Of a DNA stretch of 64,000 bases, positions 9,666-19,769 are shown piece after piece. The notes beneath the pieces were generated by a model that did not search any database, was not told the origin of the DNA, and worked only from the letters and a program-made list of their open reading frames with translations. The translations under genes were made by a program, and so were the position numbers. This DNA is from Acidobacteriota bacterium. Its GTDB lineage: Bacteria; Acidobacteriota; UBA6911; RPQK01; JAJDTT01. The stretch spans positions 768,001 to 832,000 of the forward strand of contig OZ242374.1 in the NCBI GenBank assembly GCA_965209055.1, written 5' to 3'. Each line of letters begins with the position of its first letter. The stretch's first letter is position 1.

Positions 9666-11552
9666 ATGAGAAGATCCTTCCTCCTGATCGCCCTGCTCTT
9701 GCTGAGTCTCCCCGCGAAGGCTCTCGCCCAGGACGAAAGCGCTGTGGCGGCCGGAGCTCCGCGCGCCCCCGTACGGGACGAAATGATGCGTCCCATCACG
9801 GCAGGAGGTTTCGTCGACGGAGCGCCCGTGGTCTTTTCCGACGCCACAGCCTCGAGCGGGCTGGACGGTTTCCTGCATAGCGCCGGATCGAAGGTGAAGC
9901 GGTTCCTGATGGAGGTCCCGTCCGGGGGAGTGGCCCTCTTCGACTACGACCGGGACGGGTGGTTGGACATCTACCTGGTCAACGGTTCCAGCTTCGAGGC
10001 GGTTCGTGGCCAGCAGGAACATCCGAGGGCGGCCCTCTATCGCAACAACGGGGACGGCACCTTCACCGACACCTCGGTGACGGCGGGAGTGGCCAACGAA
10101 GGTTGGGGTTTCGGCGCCGCCGTGGGGGACTACGACAACGACGGCTGGCCCGACCTGCACGTTTCCAACTTCGGTAAGGACCGGCTCTATCGAAACAACG
10201 GCGACGGGAGCTTCACCGACGTCACGGACCGGGCCGGGATCTCGATCCCGGGATGGTCGACGGCCGCTTCCTTCGGAGATTTCGATCGGGACGGAGATCT
10301 GGACCTTTTCGTCTGTGGATACCTGGAGTTTCCGCCATGCTCTGCGGCGGCAGACAACCCGCCGGAAGAATGTCTGCGGGACCGGAAAGCGGAGATGGAG
10401 ACGGCTCCGGAGATTCGGCTCTCGGAGGAGGCATTGGCCCGGTCCTTTTCCATGATTCCCAAGCACGCCTGCTCTTTTCGCGGAAAACAGGTCCTTTGCG
10501 GTCCCCTGGGACTCATCGGAATTCGCGACTTTCTCTTCCGCAACAACGGGGACGGCACCTTCACCGAGATCGCCGCCGCCGCCGGCGTCCACGATCCGAA
10601 CCGGTACTACGGGTTCGCCAGCACCTTCGTGGACGTGGACGGAGACCGTTGGGTGGACTTGGTGGTCGCCAACGATTCCAAACCCAACTATCTCTACCGG
10701 AACCGGGGGGACGGGACCTTCGAGGACATGAGCTATCCGTCCGGGTTCGCGTTCAACCAATATGCAAAAGCCCAGGCGGGAATGGGCCTGGCGGTGGGGG
10801 ACTACGACAACGACGGGCAGGTCGACTTCTATGTGACCAATTTCTCAGACGACCACAACACCCTCTACAAGAACGAAGGGGATAATTTTTTCCTGGATGT
10901 GACCTTCCAAGTGGGATTGGGCGAGGCTACATTTCCCTTTCTGGGGTGGGGAACCGGATTTCTGGACTATGACAACGACGGGTGGAAGGACCTGTTCGTG
11001 GCCAACGGACATATTTATGCGGCCGTGGATTCCTACGATTGGGGGACCACCTACTCGCAGCGGCCGCAACTTTTCCGAAACCTGGACGGAGAACGCTTCG
11101 AGGTGGTCCCTCCCGCCACGGGGAGCGGTCTGGCCGTCGTCGTCTCGGCCCGGGGAGCCGCCTTCGGCGACCTGAACAACGACGGGCGCGTCGACGTGGT
11201 GCTCAACTGTGCCGACGGCCCGCCGGTGGTCCTGAAAAACGAGGCCTCGACGACCGGGCATCACTGGTTGTCCCTGCGGCTGGTAGGCGGGGAAAAGAGC
11301 CCCCGCGACGCCATCGGGGCCACCGTCTTCGTGACCGCCGGCGGCCGGCGGCAGCGGGGGGACGTCATCAGCGGAGCCAGCTATTCCTCCTCCTCCGACT
11401 TTCGGCTGCACTTCGGACTGGGCCGAGCCGAAAAGGTCGAGTCGGTGGAAATCCTTTGGCCCAGCGGCCGGAGCCAGACTCTGTCTGATCTGCCCGTGGA
11501 CCGGATCATCACCATCCATGAGGGGCAGGGACCGACCCATTCAGGTAGTTGA
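9666..11552 (+). CDS. CRTAC1/ASPIC-UnbV FG-GAP repeat protein
   Basis: Signal peptide; repeated DYDxDGxxD and [10 protein letters not shown]; C-terminal LHFGLG..WPSG. Confidence 0.9.
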   Translation: MRRSFLLIALLLLSLPAKALAQDESAVAAGAPRAPVRDEMMRPITAGGFVDGAPVVFSDATASSGLDGFLHSAGSKVKRFLMEVPSGGVALFDYDRDGWLDIYLVNGSSFEAVRGQQEHPRAALYRNNGDGTFTDTSVTAGVANEGWGFGAAVGDYDNDGWPDLHVSNFGKDRLYRNNGDGSFTDVTDRAGISIPGWSTAASFGDFDRDGDLDLFVCGYLEFPPCSAAADNPPEECLRDRKAEMETAPEIRLSEEALARSFSMIPKHACSFRGKQVLCGPLGLIGIRDFLFRNNGDGTFTEIAAAAGVHDPNRYYGFASTFVDVDGDRWVDLVVANDSKPNYLYRNRGDGTFEDMSYPSGFAFNQYAKAQAGMGLAVGDYDNDGQVDFYVTNFSDDHNTLYKNEGDNFFLDVTFQVGLGEATFPFLGWGTGFLDYDNDGWKDLFVANGHIYAAVDSYDWGTTYSQRPQLFRNLDGERFEVVPPATGSGLAVVVSARGAAFGDLNNDGRVDVVLNCADGPPVVLKNEASTTGHHWLSLRLVGGEKSPRDAIGATVFVTAGGRRQRGDVISGASYSSSSDFRLHFGLGRAEKVESVEILWPSGRSQTLSDLPVDRIITIHEGQGPTHSGS

Positions 11553-11576
11553 GTCCGTGATCTCCGGAGAGGGTAC

Positions 11577-13259
11577 GTGATCCAAGACCGGGTGAGTTGG
11601 GTTGCCGTATCGTTGCTTTGGCTCGCTCCCGTAACCGGCGCGGCAGAAGAACCCGCCAGTCCCGGAATCGTCTTCGAGGAAGCCTCTTCCCGTTCCAGCG
11701 GCATCCGCTGGGTTCACGAGAACGCCATGTCTCCCCAGCGGCACTTGCCGGAGACGGTCGGTCCGGGGTGCGCCTTCTTCGACTACGACAATGACGGATG
11801 GATGGATCTGTACCTGGTCAATAGCGGGGTTTCCGATTTTTACGCGCCCCCGACGCCGCTCCGGAACGCCCTCTACCGCAACGACGGGGATGGGACCTTC
11901 ACCGACGTCACCGACGCAGCGGGAGTAGCAGGGGGTCGATTCGGAATGGGCGTGGCGGTGGCCGACTACGATGGCGACGGCTGGCAGGACCTCTACGTCA
12001 CGAACTACGGGCCCAACTATCTCTATCGAAATAACGGCGACGGAAGCTTCTCGGAGGTGGCCCGGGATGCGGGGGTCCGGGCTCCCGGCTGGTCCACCAG
12101 CGGGGTCTGGTTCGACTACAACGGTGACGGGAGGTTGGACCTGTTCGTCTGCAGCTTCGTCCGTTACGACGAGTCCCTCAGCAAGCTCTGCTTCGATCAC
12201 CTGCGGAAACGGACCTACTACTGCCTGCCGACCCTCTTCGATCCCACTTCCAGTCATCTTTTTCGCAATGACGGCAACGGCCGCTTCACCGACGTCAGCC
12301 GGGAATCAGGGATCGCCGGGCACCCGGGCAAGGCGTTCGGCGTGGTGGCCACCGACGTGAACGACGACGGGTATCTGGACCTGTTCGTTGCCAACGACAC
12401 AGTGGCGGACTTTCTCTTCGTGAACCAGGGAGACGGGACCTTCCGGGAGATGGGCCTCTGGGCCGGAGTCGCGTTCGACGACGGCGGCAAGCCGCGCTCC
12501 GGCATGGGCGTGGATGCCACCGACTACGACGGCGACGGCCGGCAGGATCTCTTCGTCTCCAACATCGACCACGAAGTATTCAGCCTCTACCGGAATCAGG
12601 GGGACCTGACCTTCACCGACGAAGCGGCCGACGTGGGGAAATTGACTTGGTTGCTGAGCGGGTGGGGATTGCGCTTTTTCGATGCGGACAACGATGGTGA
12701 CGACGACCTGTTCCTGGCCAACGGCCACCCGGACGACATGGTGGAAGAGTTCCGCCCGAGCCTGGGGTATCGGGAACCCCTCCTCTACTTCGAGAACGTC
12801 TCCGGCCACTTCCGCGACCGTAGCGGCCAATCGGGCGCCGTCTTTTCTCGCGAATTTTCGGCCCGGGGTCTGGCCACGGGAGACGTGGACAACGACGGTG
12901 ATCCGGACCTGATCATCACCGACAACGGCGGACCGCCCGTGCTTCTCCTGAACCGCGGAGGCAACCGCAACCGTTGGGTCGGCCTCGATCTGATTCCCCG
13001 CCAAGGCCAAACCGCTGTAGGCGCCCTCATCACCTGGTCGGCCGCAGGTGTCGAGCGCCGCCGCTTGAAAAGGGCCGGTGGAAGCTACCTCTCCTCCAGC
13101 GATCCCCGGGAGATCCTGGGTCTCGGCGTAGCCAAAACTCTCGACTGGGTGCAGGTCCATTGGCCCAGCGGCGTCAAGACCAAGCTGACCGGGCTCCAAC
13201 CGAACCAATACCACAAGATCAACGAGTCGGCAGGAGGGGGGACTGTTAGTCCCCCGTGA
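11577..13259 (+). CDS. CRTAC1/ASPIC-UnbV FG-GAP repeat protein (paralog)
   Basis: Same DYDNDG repeats and GGSYLSS..GLG..WPSG end. Confidence 0.9.
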   Translation: MIQDRVSWVAVSLLWLAPVTGAAEEPASPGIVFEEASSRSSGIRWVHENAMSPQRHLPETVGPGCAFFDYDNDGWMDLYLVNSGVSDFYAPPTPLRNALYRNDGDGTFTDVTDAAGVAGGRFGMGVAVADYDGDGWQDLYVTNYGPNYLYRNNGDGSFSEVARDAGVRAPGWSTSGVWFDYNGDGRLDLFVCSFVRYDESLSKLCFDHLRKRTYYCLPTLFDPTSSHLFRNDGNGRFTDVSRESGIAGHPGKAFGVVATDVNDDGYLDLFVANDTVADFLFVNQGDGTFREMGLWAGVAFDDGGKPRSGMGVDATDYDGDGRQDLFVSNIDHEVFSLYRNQGDLTFTDEAADVGKLTWLLSGWGLRFFDADNDGDDDLFLANGHPDDMVEEFRPSLGYREPLLYFENVSGHFRDRSGQSGAVFSREFSARGLATGDVDNDGDPDLIITDNGGPPVLLLNRGGNRNRWVGLDLIPRQGQTAVGALITWSAAGVERRRLKRAGGSYLSSSDPREILGLGVAKTLDWVQVHWPSGVKTKLTGLQPNQYHKINESAGGGTVSPP

Positions 13260-13276
13260 CGCGGGGGTTAACAACC

Positions 13277-14635
13277 CATAAGCGCTAACTTGTTTAATGG
13301 TCCATAAAATATCTGCAGACTTGACTGAACCTTTTTCGGGGAGGTTCTGCCAAGGACGCCGAGATTTCGTGCCATTCGTCGACCATGCGGGTCAGGGAAT
13401 ACGCCGGCTCAATGGCTCGCGTGACCTGGTTCAAAGCGAATTTGAACTCACGCCACGGGCTGCGAGTCCGGTCGGATCGCGACATCGTATCCCCAGGGGG
13501 AAATGGTTCGCGCATGGCGGAGCACCTTTTCGACCAGGAGCGCCACCAACAGCTTGCCGTACAACCAAGCCTGGGCACTTGCCTCATCGTGCTTCGGGAG
13601 GTGGCCGAGTTGGGCCAGGGACTTGAAGCGCTTGAAGACCAGCTCAACTTGCCAGCGCAGGCGGTACCACTCCAGCACCTCGGCGGCTGGGAACTCCTCG
13701 GCTGGGTAGGTGGTGAAAACGATGACGTAGCGCGCGAACCGCAGAGTTTCCGGCTGCACCCGTTTGCCCTTGCGCCGAGCCGTCCGGCGGATCTTTCGAT
13801 GCGCGACTTCAATGGCCTCGTCGGTCTTGCGCACCGCGCAGATGCGGCCCACTACGGGGGGGCCGGCCCGAGCGACGGTGCGGACCCTCCAACTGCCGAC
13901 CGGCCCCGGTCGGAGTAGCGTTTCCACCGATGTGAGCAGGTCGAACCTCCGGCCAGCCTCGGTTTCCAGCAACAGCGATCGGGTGTTCACGCGCACCGTC
14001 ACGTACCCTCCGCCTGCCGCGACGTGCTGAATCCCGATCGCCGTCGAGTAACCGCGGTCGCCCAGCACGTAATCGCCCGGCCGAATCGGGAAATGGGTGA
14101 ACGACTCGCCGGTGCCGCGCCCCTTGGTCGCGGTTAGCTTGAAGAAATCGCAGCCGAGCGACGGGAGGTTCACACTGTAGTGAAGGCGCCACAGCGACCC
14201 GGTCCGTCCCGGCTCGTGCACCGTCGTCCCATCGAACGCCCGCACTTGCAAGCCGCCACTGTTCGAAACCACGAGACCATGCTCCCGGAACAGTTCCACG
14301 CACAGCGCGTAGAGCCAGTCGCGGGATTTCCTCAGCCGCTTGAGCAGCGCCACGTCGGATAAATCGGCCAAGTTCGCTTGCCGAGCCCGCACGACGGTTT
14401 CGCGCAAGGAATGCCCGCAGCCGAGATGGATCAGCAGGGTCCGCAACAGGTTTTCCGGTGACTTGTCCTTGCGCAGGCCCTTCAAGGCCCCGGTCGAAGC
14501 CGCCAACTCCCGCCAATTGTCGGGGAAAAACGACATCAGCAAGTCCCAGTCCTCATTCGCAGCCGCCTTGACTACCGTTCTGCTCATGCCCACACTATAC
14601 AAGATAGCGGTTAGGCAAACAAGTTAGCTCTTATG
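13277..14635 (-). mobile_element. IS4-family insertion sequence
   Basis: Terminal inverted repeats CATAAG(C/A)GCTAACTTGTTT; 11-bp target duplication GGTTAACAACC at 13266-13276 and 14636-14646. Confidence 0.92.
13448..14602 (-). CDS. IS4-family DDE transposase
   Basis: AFDGT, LGDRGY, YRLRWQVELVFKRFK (YREK motif). Confidence 0.92.
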   Translation of the reverse strand: MYSVGMSRTVVKAAANEDWDLLMSFFPDNWRELAASTGALKGLRKDKSPENLLRTLLIHLGCGHSLRETVVRARQANLADLSDVALLKRLRKSRDWLYALCVELFREHGLVVSNSGGLQVRAFDGTTVHEPGRTGSLWRLHYSVNLPSLGCDFFKLTATKGRGTGESFTHFPIRPGDYVLGDRGYSTAIGIQHVAAGGGYVTVRVNTRSLLLETEAGRRFDLLTSVETLLRPGPVGSWRVRTVARAGPPVVGRICAVRKTDEAIEVAHRKIRRTARRKGKRVQPETLRFARYVIVFTTYPAEEFPAAEVLEWYRLRWQVELVFKRFKSLAQLGHLPKHDEASAQAWLYGKLLVALLVEKVLRHARTISPWGYDVAIRPDSQPVA

Positions 14636-14737
14636 GGTTAACAACCCCCGCTCCTACTTCGTCGATATTCGTGGGTGATCGTTAGGATTGTTGTGCCGAC
14701 CCCGACGAAAACGTGGGGGTTGGAAAACCCCCACTCC

Positions 14738-14996
14738 TATTTCGACCACCACGGCGAGGTCGACGTCACCAAAAACCGCCTTCCCCATTGGTAGCAACGA
14801 AACGTCTTCGTCACTTGGCGGCTGGGAGACTCGCTTCCACGAACGGTTCCCACGACGAATCGAAGACGGATTGGACCCGGGAAGCGGTTCCTGCGTGCTG
14901 AAGGATCCGGCGCTGGCAGGTGTCGTGGCCGAATACATCCGCGAGAATCCGACGAGGGCCGGATTGCGTGATGGCCAGTTCATACTCTTCGAGACC
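14738..14996 (+). pseudogene. REP-associated tyrosine transposase (RAYT, Y1/HUH) remnant
   Basis: NRLPHW*QRNVFVTWRLGDSLP, frameshift, then RIEDGLDPGSGSCVLKDPALAGVVA joined directly to EYIRENPTRAGL; the HUH core is missing; REPs on both sides. Confidence 0.75.
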
Positions 14997-15013
14997 GTTG
15001 GGAGGGGGACTGT

Positions 15014-15046
15014 TAGTCCGGTGCTCTGTCCAACTGAGCTACGGGA
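15014..15046 (-). pseudogene. tRNA 5'-half fragment (att-site remnant, Arg-like)
   Basis: TCCCGTAGCTCAGTTGGACAGAGCACCGGACTA = acceptor 5' strand, D-arm and anticodon stem; stops in the anticodon loop. Confidence 0.7.
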
Positions 15047-15068
15047 TTGATCCTTTCCTTTCAACAGG

Positions 15069-18000
15069 TTATCCCGATGCTCCTCTCAAATCGTTCGTCC
15101 TATTTCCTCCCCGTTGCCTGTTTGTTGCCGGTCGCATTTGTGAGTCTTCGGTAGCCTGTGCCTCCCGTATGCTGGCCAGCGCATGCGAACTGACGTACCC
15201 CGCGTAGCGCATCGTCGTGCTGATCGCCGAGTGTCCCATCAGCTTCTGCACCGTCCTTACGTCCACCCCCTGCATCAGCCAGTGGCTGCACCGGAATCGC
15301 CTCAGATCGTGAAATCCGACCTTCAACCCCACCCGCTCGGCGGCTCGGCGCAATGGCTTGTCCGGATTCACCCATCTCGTGCCGGTCCGGGTGTTGACAA
15401 AGACATATGGGGTGCTCAGGTAGCGAACCAGCCCGACCAGATATCCAGCCGCGTACTTCGAGAGTGGAATCTCCCTCGGCTCGTCGTCCTTGGTGAACTC
15501 CACCCATAACAGCCTCCGGGATAGGTCCACCCGTTTCCAGGTGAGCGACAACGCTTCGCCTTTCCGAATCCCCGTCTCGCCGATCACCGCAACCATGGCT
15601 TGCAGGTAAGGGTTGTCCATCGCCTCGACCAGGTCGCGGAACTGTTGAACCGTCAAAGGCCGGAAGACCTTCTTGGGTTCTTTGAGTTTGGGGAACCGAA
15701 CCAGCGGGTGCGTGTCCACTTCCCCGCACTCCAGCGCGTAGGAAAACAGCTTGCTGATGGCGGCAATGTCGCGGTTCACCGTGGCCGGCTGCACTTGCTT
15801 CTTCCTCCGGGCGACGTAGCGGTACAGGTCCTTGCGTTGGAACTCCTTCAGGGGAATGTTCCCCAGCACGGCGTTGAGGCTCTTGAACGAGAGCGCGTAG
15901 CGACGGCGGGAGCGCATGCGAGGTTTGCAATACTCCTCGAAGAAACGCTCGTAGAAGCTCCGTACCGTCCAGACGGTGCGATTCCCGCCGGCGAGCTCCT
16001 CCTTGAGCTGCTTCCAGGTGCCGTCCAGGATGCTGGACTCGATTCGTGTTTGAAGCGCCTGCGCGCTCCGGTAGTTGGGGGCGTACATTCGGAGCCGACC
16101 GGATCCGTTCGGCCAGTACTTGCTGACGACGTACCGTCGTCTCCCCCGGCGATCCTTCACCTTGTGTCGCGGTAGGAACGGCGGTTTCCCTCCGCCCCCC
16201 GCACAGATCCGTGCGTGCCCGTTAGGGCACACGGCTCCTGCCTTGGGTCGTTACGGTGAGCCGTTCGCTCGGCCACGGGTGGCGAATCGTCACCGACGGC
16301 CAGAGAAGCTTGGCCATCTTTCGGAGCCGTCTCCACGTGAAGCGCGCTCGCTGCGACCGGCGGCGCAACACCCGCATCCACTGCTCTCGCAGCCGATATC
16401 GAAAGCCTTGCAGCCATCGTCCACTTCCGGGGACCGCAAAGTAGTTGAGCCAGCCGTTCAATACGCGGCCCAACCATTTCCCGACCTCCCAGATGTCGTC
16501 GTGCCGGCGTCTTCGCAGCCTCTCCCCCACCCGTTTCAGGGTTCGTTGCATCCGCTTCGCACTCGGTTTCCGCCCCAGCCGGAACCGCCCCTTCCGGGTC
16601 TTCGCACAGTAGTGCGTGAAGCCCAGGAAATCGAACGTTTCCGGTTTCCGCGCCCCGCGTCGCCGCCGATCCGCTGCCGCAAATCGCCCGAACTCCACCA
16701 GTCGCGTCTTTTCCGGGTGCAGTTCCAGTCCGAACTCGGCGCACCGTTCCCCCAGGTCTCGGAGAAACCGCTCCGCGTCTGCCCGCTTCTCGAATCCGGC
16801 CACGAAGTCGTCCGCATACCGCACCAGGATCGCCTCGCCTTTCGGGACTCGTGGACGCCATTTCCGATGGAACCACTGGTCCAGCACGTAGTGCAGGTAC
16901 ACATTTGCCAGCACCGGGGAGACGATGGAGCCCTGAGGCGTCCCTTTCCCCGTGTCCGACCGGGTCCCTTCTTCCATCACTCCCGCGTTCAGCCACTTGG
17001 TCAGGAGCCGCAACACCCGCCGGTCCCCGATCCGATGTTCCACGAACCGGATCATCCAGTCCCGGTCGATCGCATCGAAAAACGTTCGGATGTCCGCGTC
17101 CACGATCCAATTGACTTTCCGCCGTTCGATCCCGTAGGCCAGGGCATCCAGCGCGTCATGCGCCTTCCGTCCGGGCCGGAACCCGTAGCTGAGCCCGAGA
17201 AACTCCGCCTCATAGATCGGCGTCAGGAGCTCGTCCACCACGGCCTTCTGGAGGATCTTGTCCTCCAGTGCCGCGATCCCGAGCGGTCGTGTCCGTCCGT
17301 CCGGCTTGGGGATTCTCACCCGCCGGACGGGAGGCGCCCGGTACGCGCCCCGGTGCACGCGGCGATGCAGGTCCAGCAGTCGCTCTTCCAGCTTCGCCCC
17401 GTACTCCTCCCACCGCACTCCGTCGATTCCCGGGGCCGCATCCTTCCTCAGTCCGAGGTAGGCGCGGCGCAAGGCCTCCACGGTGATATGGTGCAACAGC
17501 GCGGTCAGTCGCTCCTTGGGGTTTCTCGCTATGGCTCGCCGTATCCGGTCCGCCGCTTGGGACACGCTCCCCCGACTCTGCGTCCGGCGCGTGCTTTGGC
17601 ACACCGAATTCCCCTTGGCTTCATCCCTTCGCTCCACCGGCTCCGCCGAGGGTTCCCCCTCTTTGTTCGCCCGCTTCATCGCTACTATGGATGAATCCGA
17701 CTGCTTCGTTTCGTCCATCATGAGGTTCGGTTTGCTCCTTTCTCATGCGGCCCTGGCTCGACCACCGGAGCGAAATGAAGCCCTCCCAGGTCCCGACACA
17801 AGACGTACGTGCGTGCTTGGGTTCCTAGACACCGCGGTGTCCGTCTGTCCCTCACCTTCCCGGTCCAGCCGGTGTTGCCTTCGACCGCATCCACAGCCTC
17901 GGCACTTCCGTTCCTGCATGTTTCGATGCTCAATAGCCCCGCCCACACGCGCCGCTGCCGACGCTTCGCCGACACCCTCACGGGTGCCAACGCACGGCTC

Positions 18001-18087
18001 GCGGAGAAACGTGGATGGTTAGTCCTTCGTTTCAGCGGACTTTCACCGCTTGTCTTGTGCCAGTTAGCCTGGCGCACAGATGCCCAT
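15069..18087 (-). CDS. Tyrosine recombinase/integrase split by a group II intron (exons 18087-18078 and 16165-15069; 368 aa spliced)
   Basis: AGGAGGAG RBS; ATG GGC ATC T|AC AAG gives MGIYKVKDRRG in frame; catalytic GIRKGE, TK, HDLRR, MGHS, TMRY. Confidence 0.88.
16166..18077 (-). mobile_element. Group II intron (1912 nt)
   Basis: 5' GTGCG; domain V GAGCCGTGTGCCCTAACGGGCACGCACGGATC; domain VI ending TACCGCGAC; EBS1/EBS2 complementary to the 5' exon. Confidence 0.93.
16222..17721 (-). CDS. ltrA: Group II intron reverse transcriptase/maturase
   Basis: APGIDG, IPKPDGRTRPLGI, SYGFRPGR, GTPQGS, RYADDF, FDFLGFTH, domain X GWLNYF; no HNH endonuclease visible. Confidence 0.95.
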   Translation of the reverse strand: MMDETKQSDSSIVAMKRANKEGEPSAEPVERRDEAKGNSVCQSTRRTQSRGSVSQAADRIRRAIARNPKERLTALLHHITVEALRRAYLGLRKDAAPGIDGVRWEEYGAKLEERLLDLHRRVHRGAYRAPPVRRVRIPKPDGRTRPLGIAALEDKILQKAVVDELLTPIYEAEFLGLSYGFRPGRKAHDALDALAYGIERRKVNWIVDADIRTFFDAIDRDWMIRFVEHRIGDRRVLRLLTKWLNAGVMEEGTRSDTGKGTPQGSIVSPVLANVYLHYVLDQWFHRKWRPRVPKGEAILVRYADDFVAGFEKRADAERFLRDLGERCAEFGLELHPEKTRLVEFGRFAAADRRRRGARKPETFDFLGFTHYCAKTRKGRFRLGRKPSAKRMQRTLKRVGERLRRRRHDDIWEVGKWLGRVLNGWLNYFAVPGSGRWLQGFRYRLREQWMRVLRRRSQRARFTWRRLRKMAKLLWPSVTIRHPWPSERLTVTTQGRSRVP

Positions 18088-18676
18088 GCATCTCCTCCTT
18101 TCTGGATCCGGGTTCTTCGCCGTGGGGCGAATCGTACCACGGCTCCAGAGAACGGACCGGTGGGACCTGTCCCCCCAGACCCCCCAGTGGCGCCAGAACC
18201 CGCGCCGGATCACCATTCCGGCGCTGAACCGGGCGCTTTTATTTGTCGCGTCCCATAAGAATGGGTCCCTCGCGCAGGATTCCCGCCGCGTCTCTCGCAG
18301 GCTTCCCGGTCGGAGCAAATCTGTCCCCGGCCGAGGTGTCGCTTGAAACCCCCTCAGGCGGGAATTCTCGTGAGATCGTGAAAAAACAAGCCCGCCATCG
18401 GGCCTGTGTTGGCCCGCCGCAGCCGGACGAAGGGTTAGGTATAGGCCCCGGAGCGTCGTCCAGAAGCCTCCGGCGCGGCGCGGGGAAACAGGCAATTCTC
18501 AGCACGGGCGCAGCCCGTTAGGTAGTCCGTGAGATCCGGAGCTCGGGCGATCGGCAAGACGCGATCCTGCTTCCGGAACTCAGCCTGATGGTGAAGACGG
18601 CTGACGTCATCCGATCTTCGTGAGTAGAATCTGATGGAAGTGGGTCAATCGAAAGCAGGCCAAGGAGGCAAAGCAG

Positions 18677-18805
18677 ATGCGCTCAGACCACACCCCCCCC
18701 ACCATGCTCAGGATGGTCGTTGCCGTCGTCATCGGACTGATTGTGTTCGAGGTGGTGGCGGCGCTGTATCAGGTCGTCGCCGGGTTCTTTCTGGCGGCTT
18801 TCTGA
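18677..18805 (+). CDS. 42-aa hydrophobic membrane peptide
   Basis: AGGAGG RBS; MRSDHTPPTMLRMVVAVVIGLIVFEVVAALYQVVAGFFLAAF*. Confidence 0.55.
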   Translation: MRSDHTPPTMLRMVVAVVIGLIVFEVVAALYQVVAGFFLAAF

Positions 18806-19249
18806 CGTCTTGCCGGGTTTTCGGCCCCAAGAGCAATCCAAAATCACGGCGATGGTAGCCGGTCGGGCCAAGGGTTCCACCTCGATGGCCAGGCCGACAT
18901 GGAAAGCGTCCTCGGTTCTGGCGATCCAGGGGAGAAAGTAAATTGCACCGGTGGGGCTGGGGGCTTGAGAGATCGGTGGCAACACTGAACTGGAGGCAAA
19001 ACGACGCACCCTGTGGGAAATCTCTGATTTTCCACAGGGTGGGGAGGTTCGTTGAGACGAAGCTCGATCCCTCTTTGGAGAGTTCTTTGGTGGGTATGTG
19101 TCTCTTCGCATCCGGGGGGTTCGGGGGGGCTGGCCCCACCGCTACGAGCGTCAGGTTCACGGTCGGCTTGGTGTGCCGAACGGGGTTCAGGCGCACCAGG
19201 GGGGTCTGGGGGGACAGGTCCACCCGGTCCTCGGTCTTCTTCCGGGCCT

Positions 19250-19372
19250 TCCCGCAGGGAGAATTGAGACGGGAGCGACCCCCCCAGGGGGTGTTGCGCA
19301 AATGTGAATTGCGCAACGCCCCCGCGCCCGCACCGGGCAGCAAAAAGGGGGGGTCGCTCCCGTCCACCTCCG
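19250..19372 (+). ncRNA. Conserved structured non-coding motif, copy 1 (RNA or ssDNA)
   Basis: GACGGGAGCGACCCCCC...GGGGGGTCGCTCCCGTC stem enclosing two hairpins; three more copies at 46.8, 47.6 and 48.5 kb with covariation. Confidence 0.55.
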
Positions 19373-19769
19373 ATTTCCCCGAGCGGCCACCCTGTGGCCG
19401 GCAATATGGCCGTAACTGATTGAGACGACAAAGGATCAGGAAAGCGGTTTTGTGAATCACCGGGACTGCTTTTTGTGAATCCACCCCCCGTGTCCCATTC
19501 ACACTCCCGGATCGGGCGCGAGACCCTCTTTTCGCCCACCCGAAACAAGTCGCCGTAAACCTTTGCGACTGCCAAGTGCGGAACTGTCTCGGCGACCGTC
19601 CCGCAGCGTTCGCAATACTGCTCACCTGGCCCAACCTGTTAGTCTCGGCCTCCATGTGTCCATCCTGCGAGCCGGCTCGGTGGAGGACGAACAATTGTCG
19701 GTACAGTCCGTTACCAGGGATGCTCCACTGACTCGGCCAAGGCTGCATTGAAGAGGGAGGAGCGCGACC

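Noticed and set aside
15014-15046. Functional tRNA gene
   Set aside because: Only the 5' half is present; no T-arm or 3' acceptor strand follows.
16222-17721. RT as a retron, DGR or defence RT
   Set aside because: It has a maturase domain X, GTGCG...AC boundaries, domains V/VI and EBS-IBS pairing; no TR/VR pair or msr-msd was seen.
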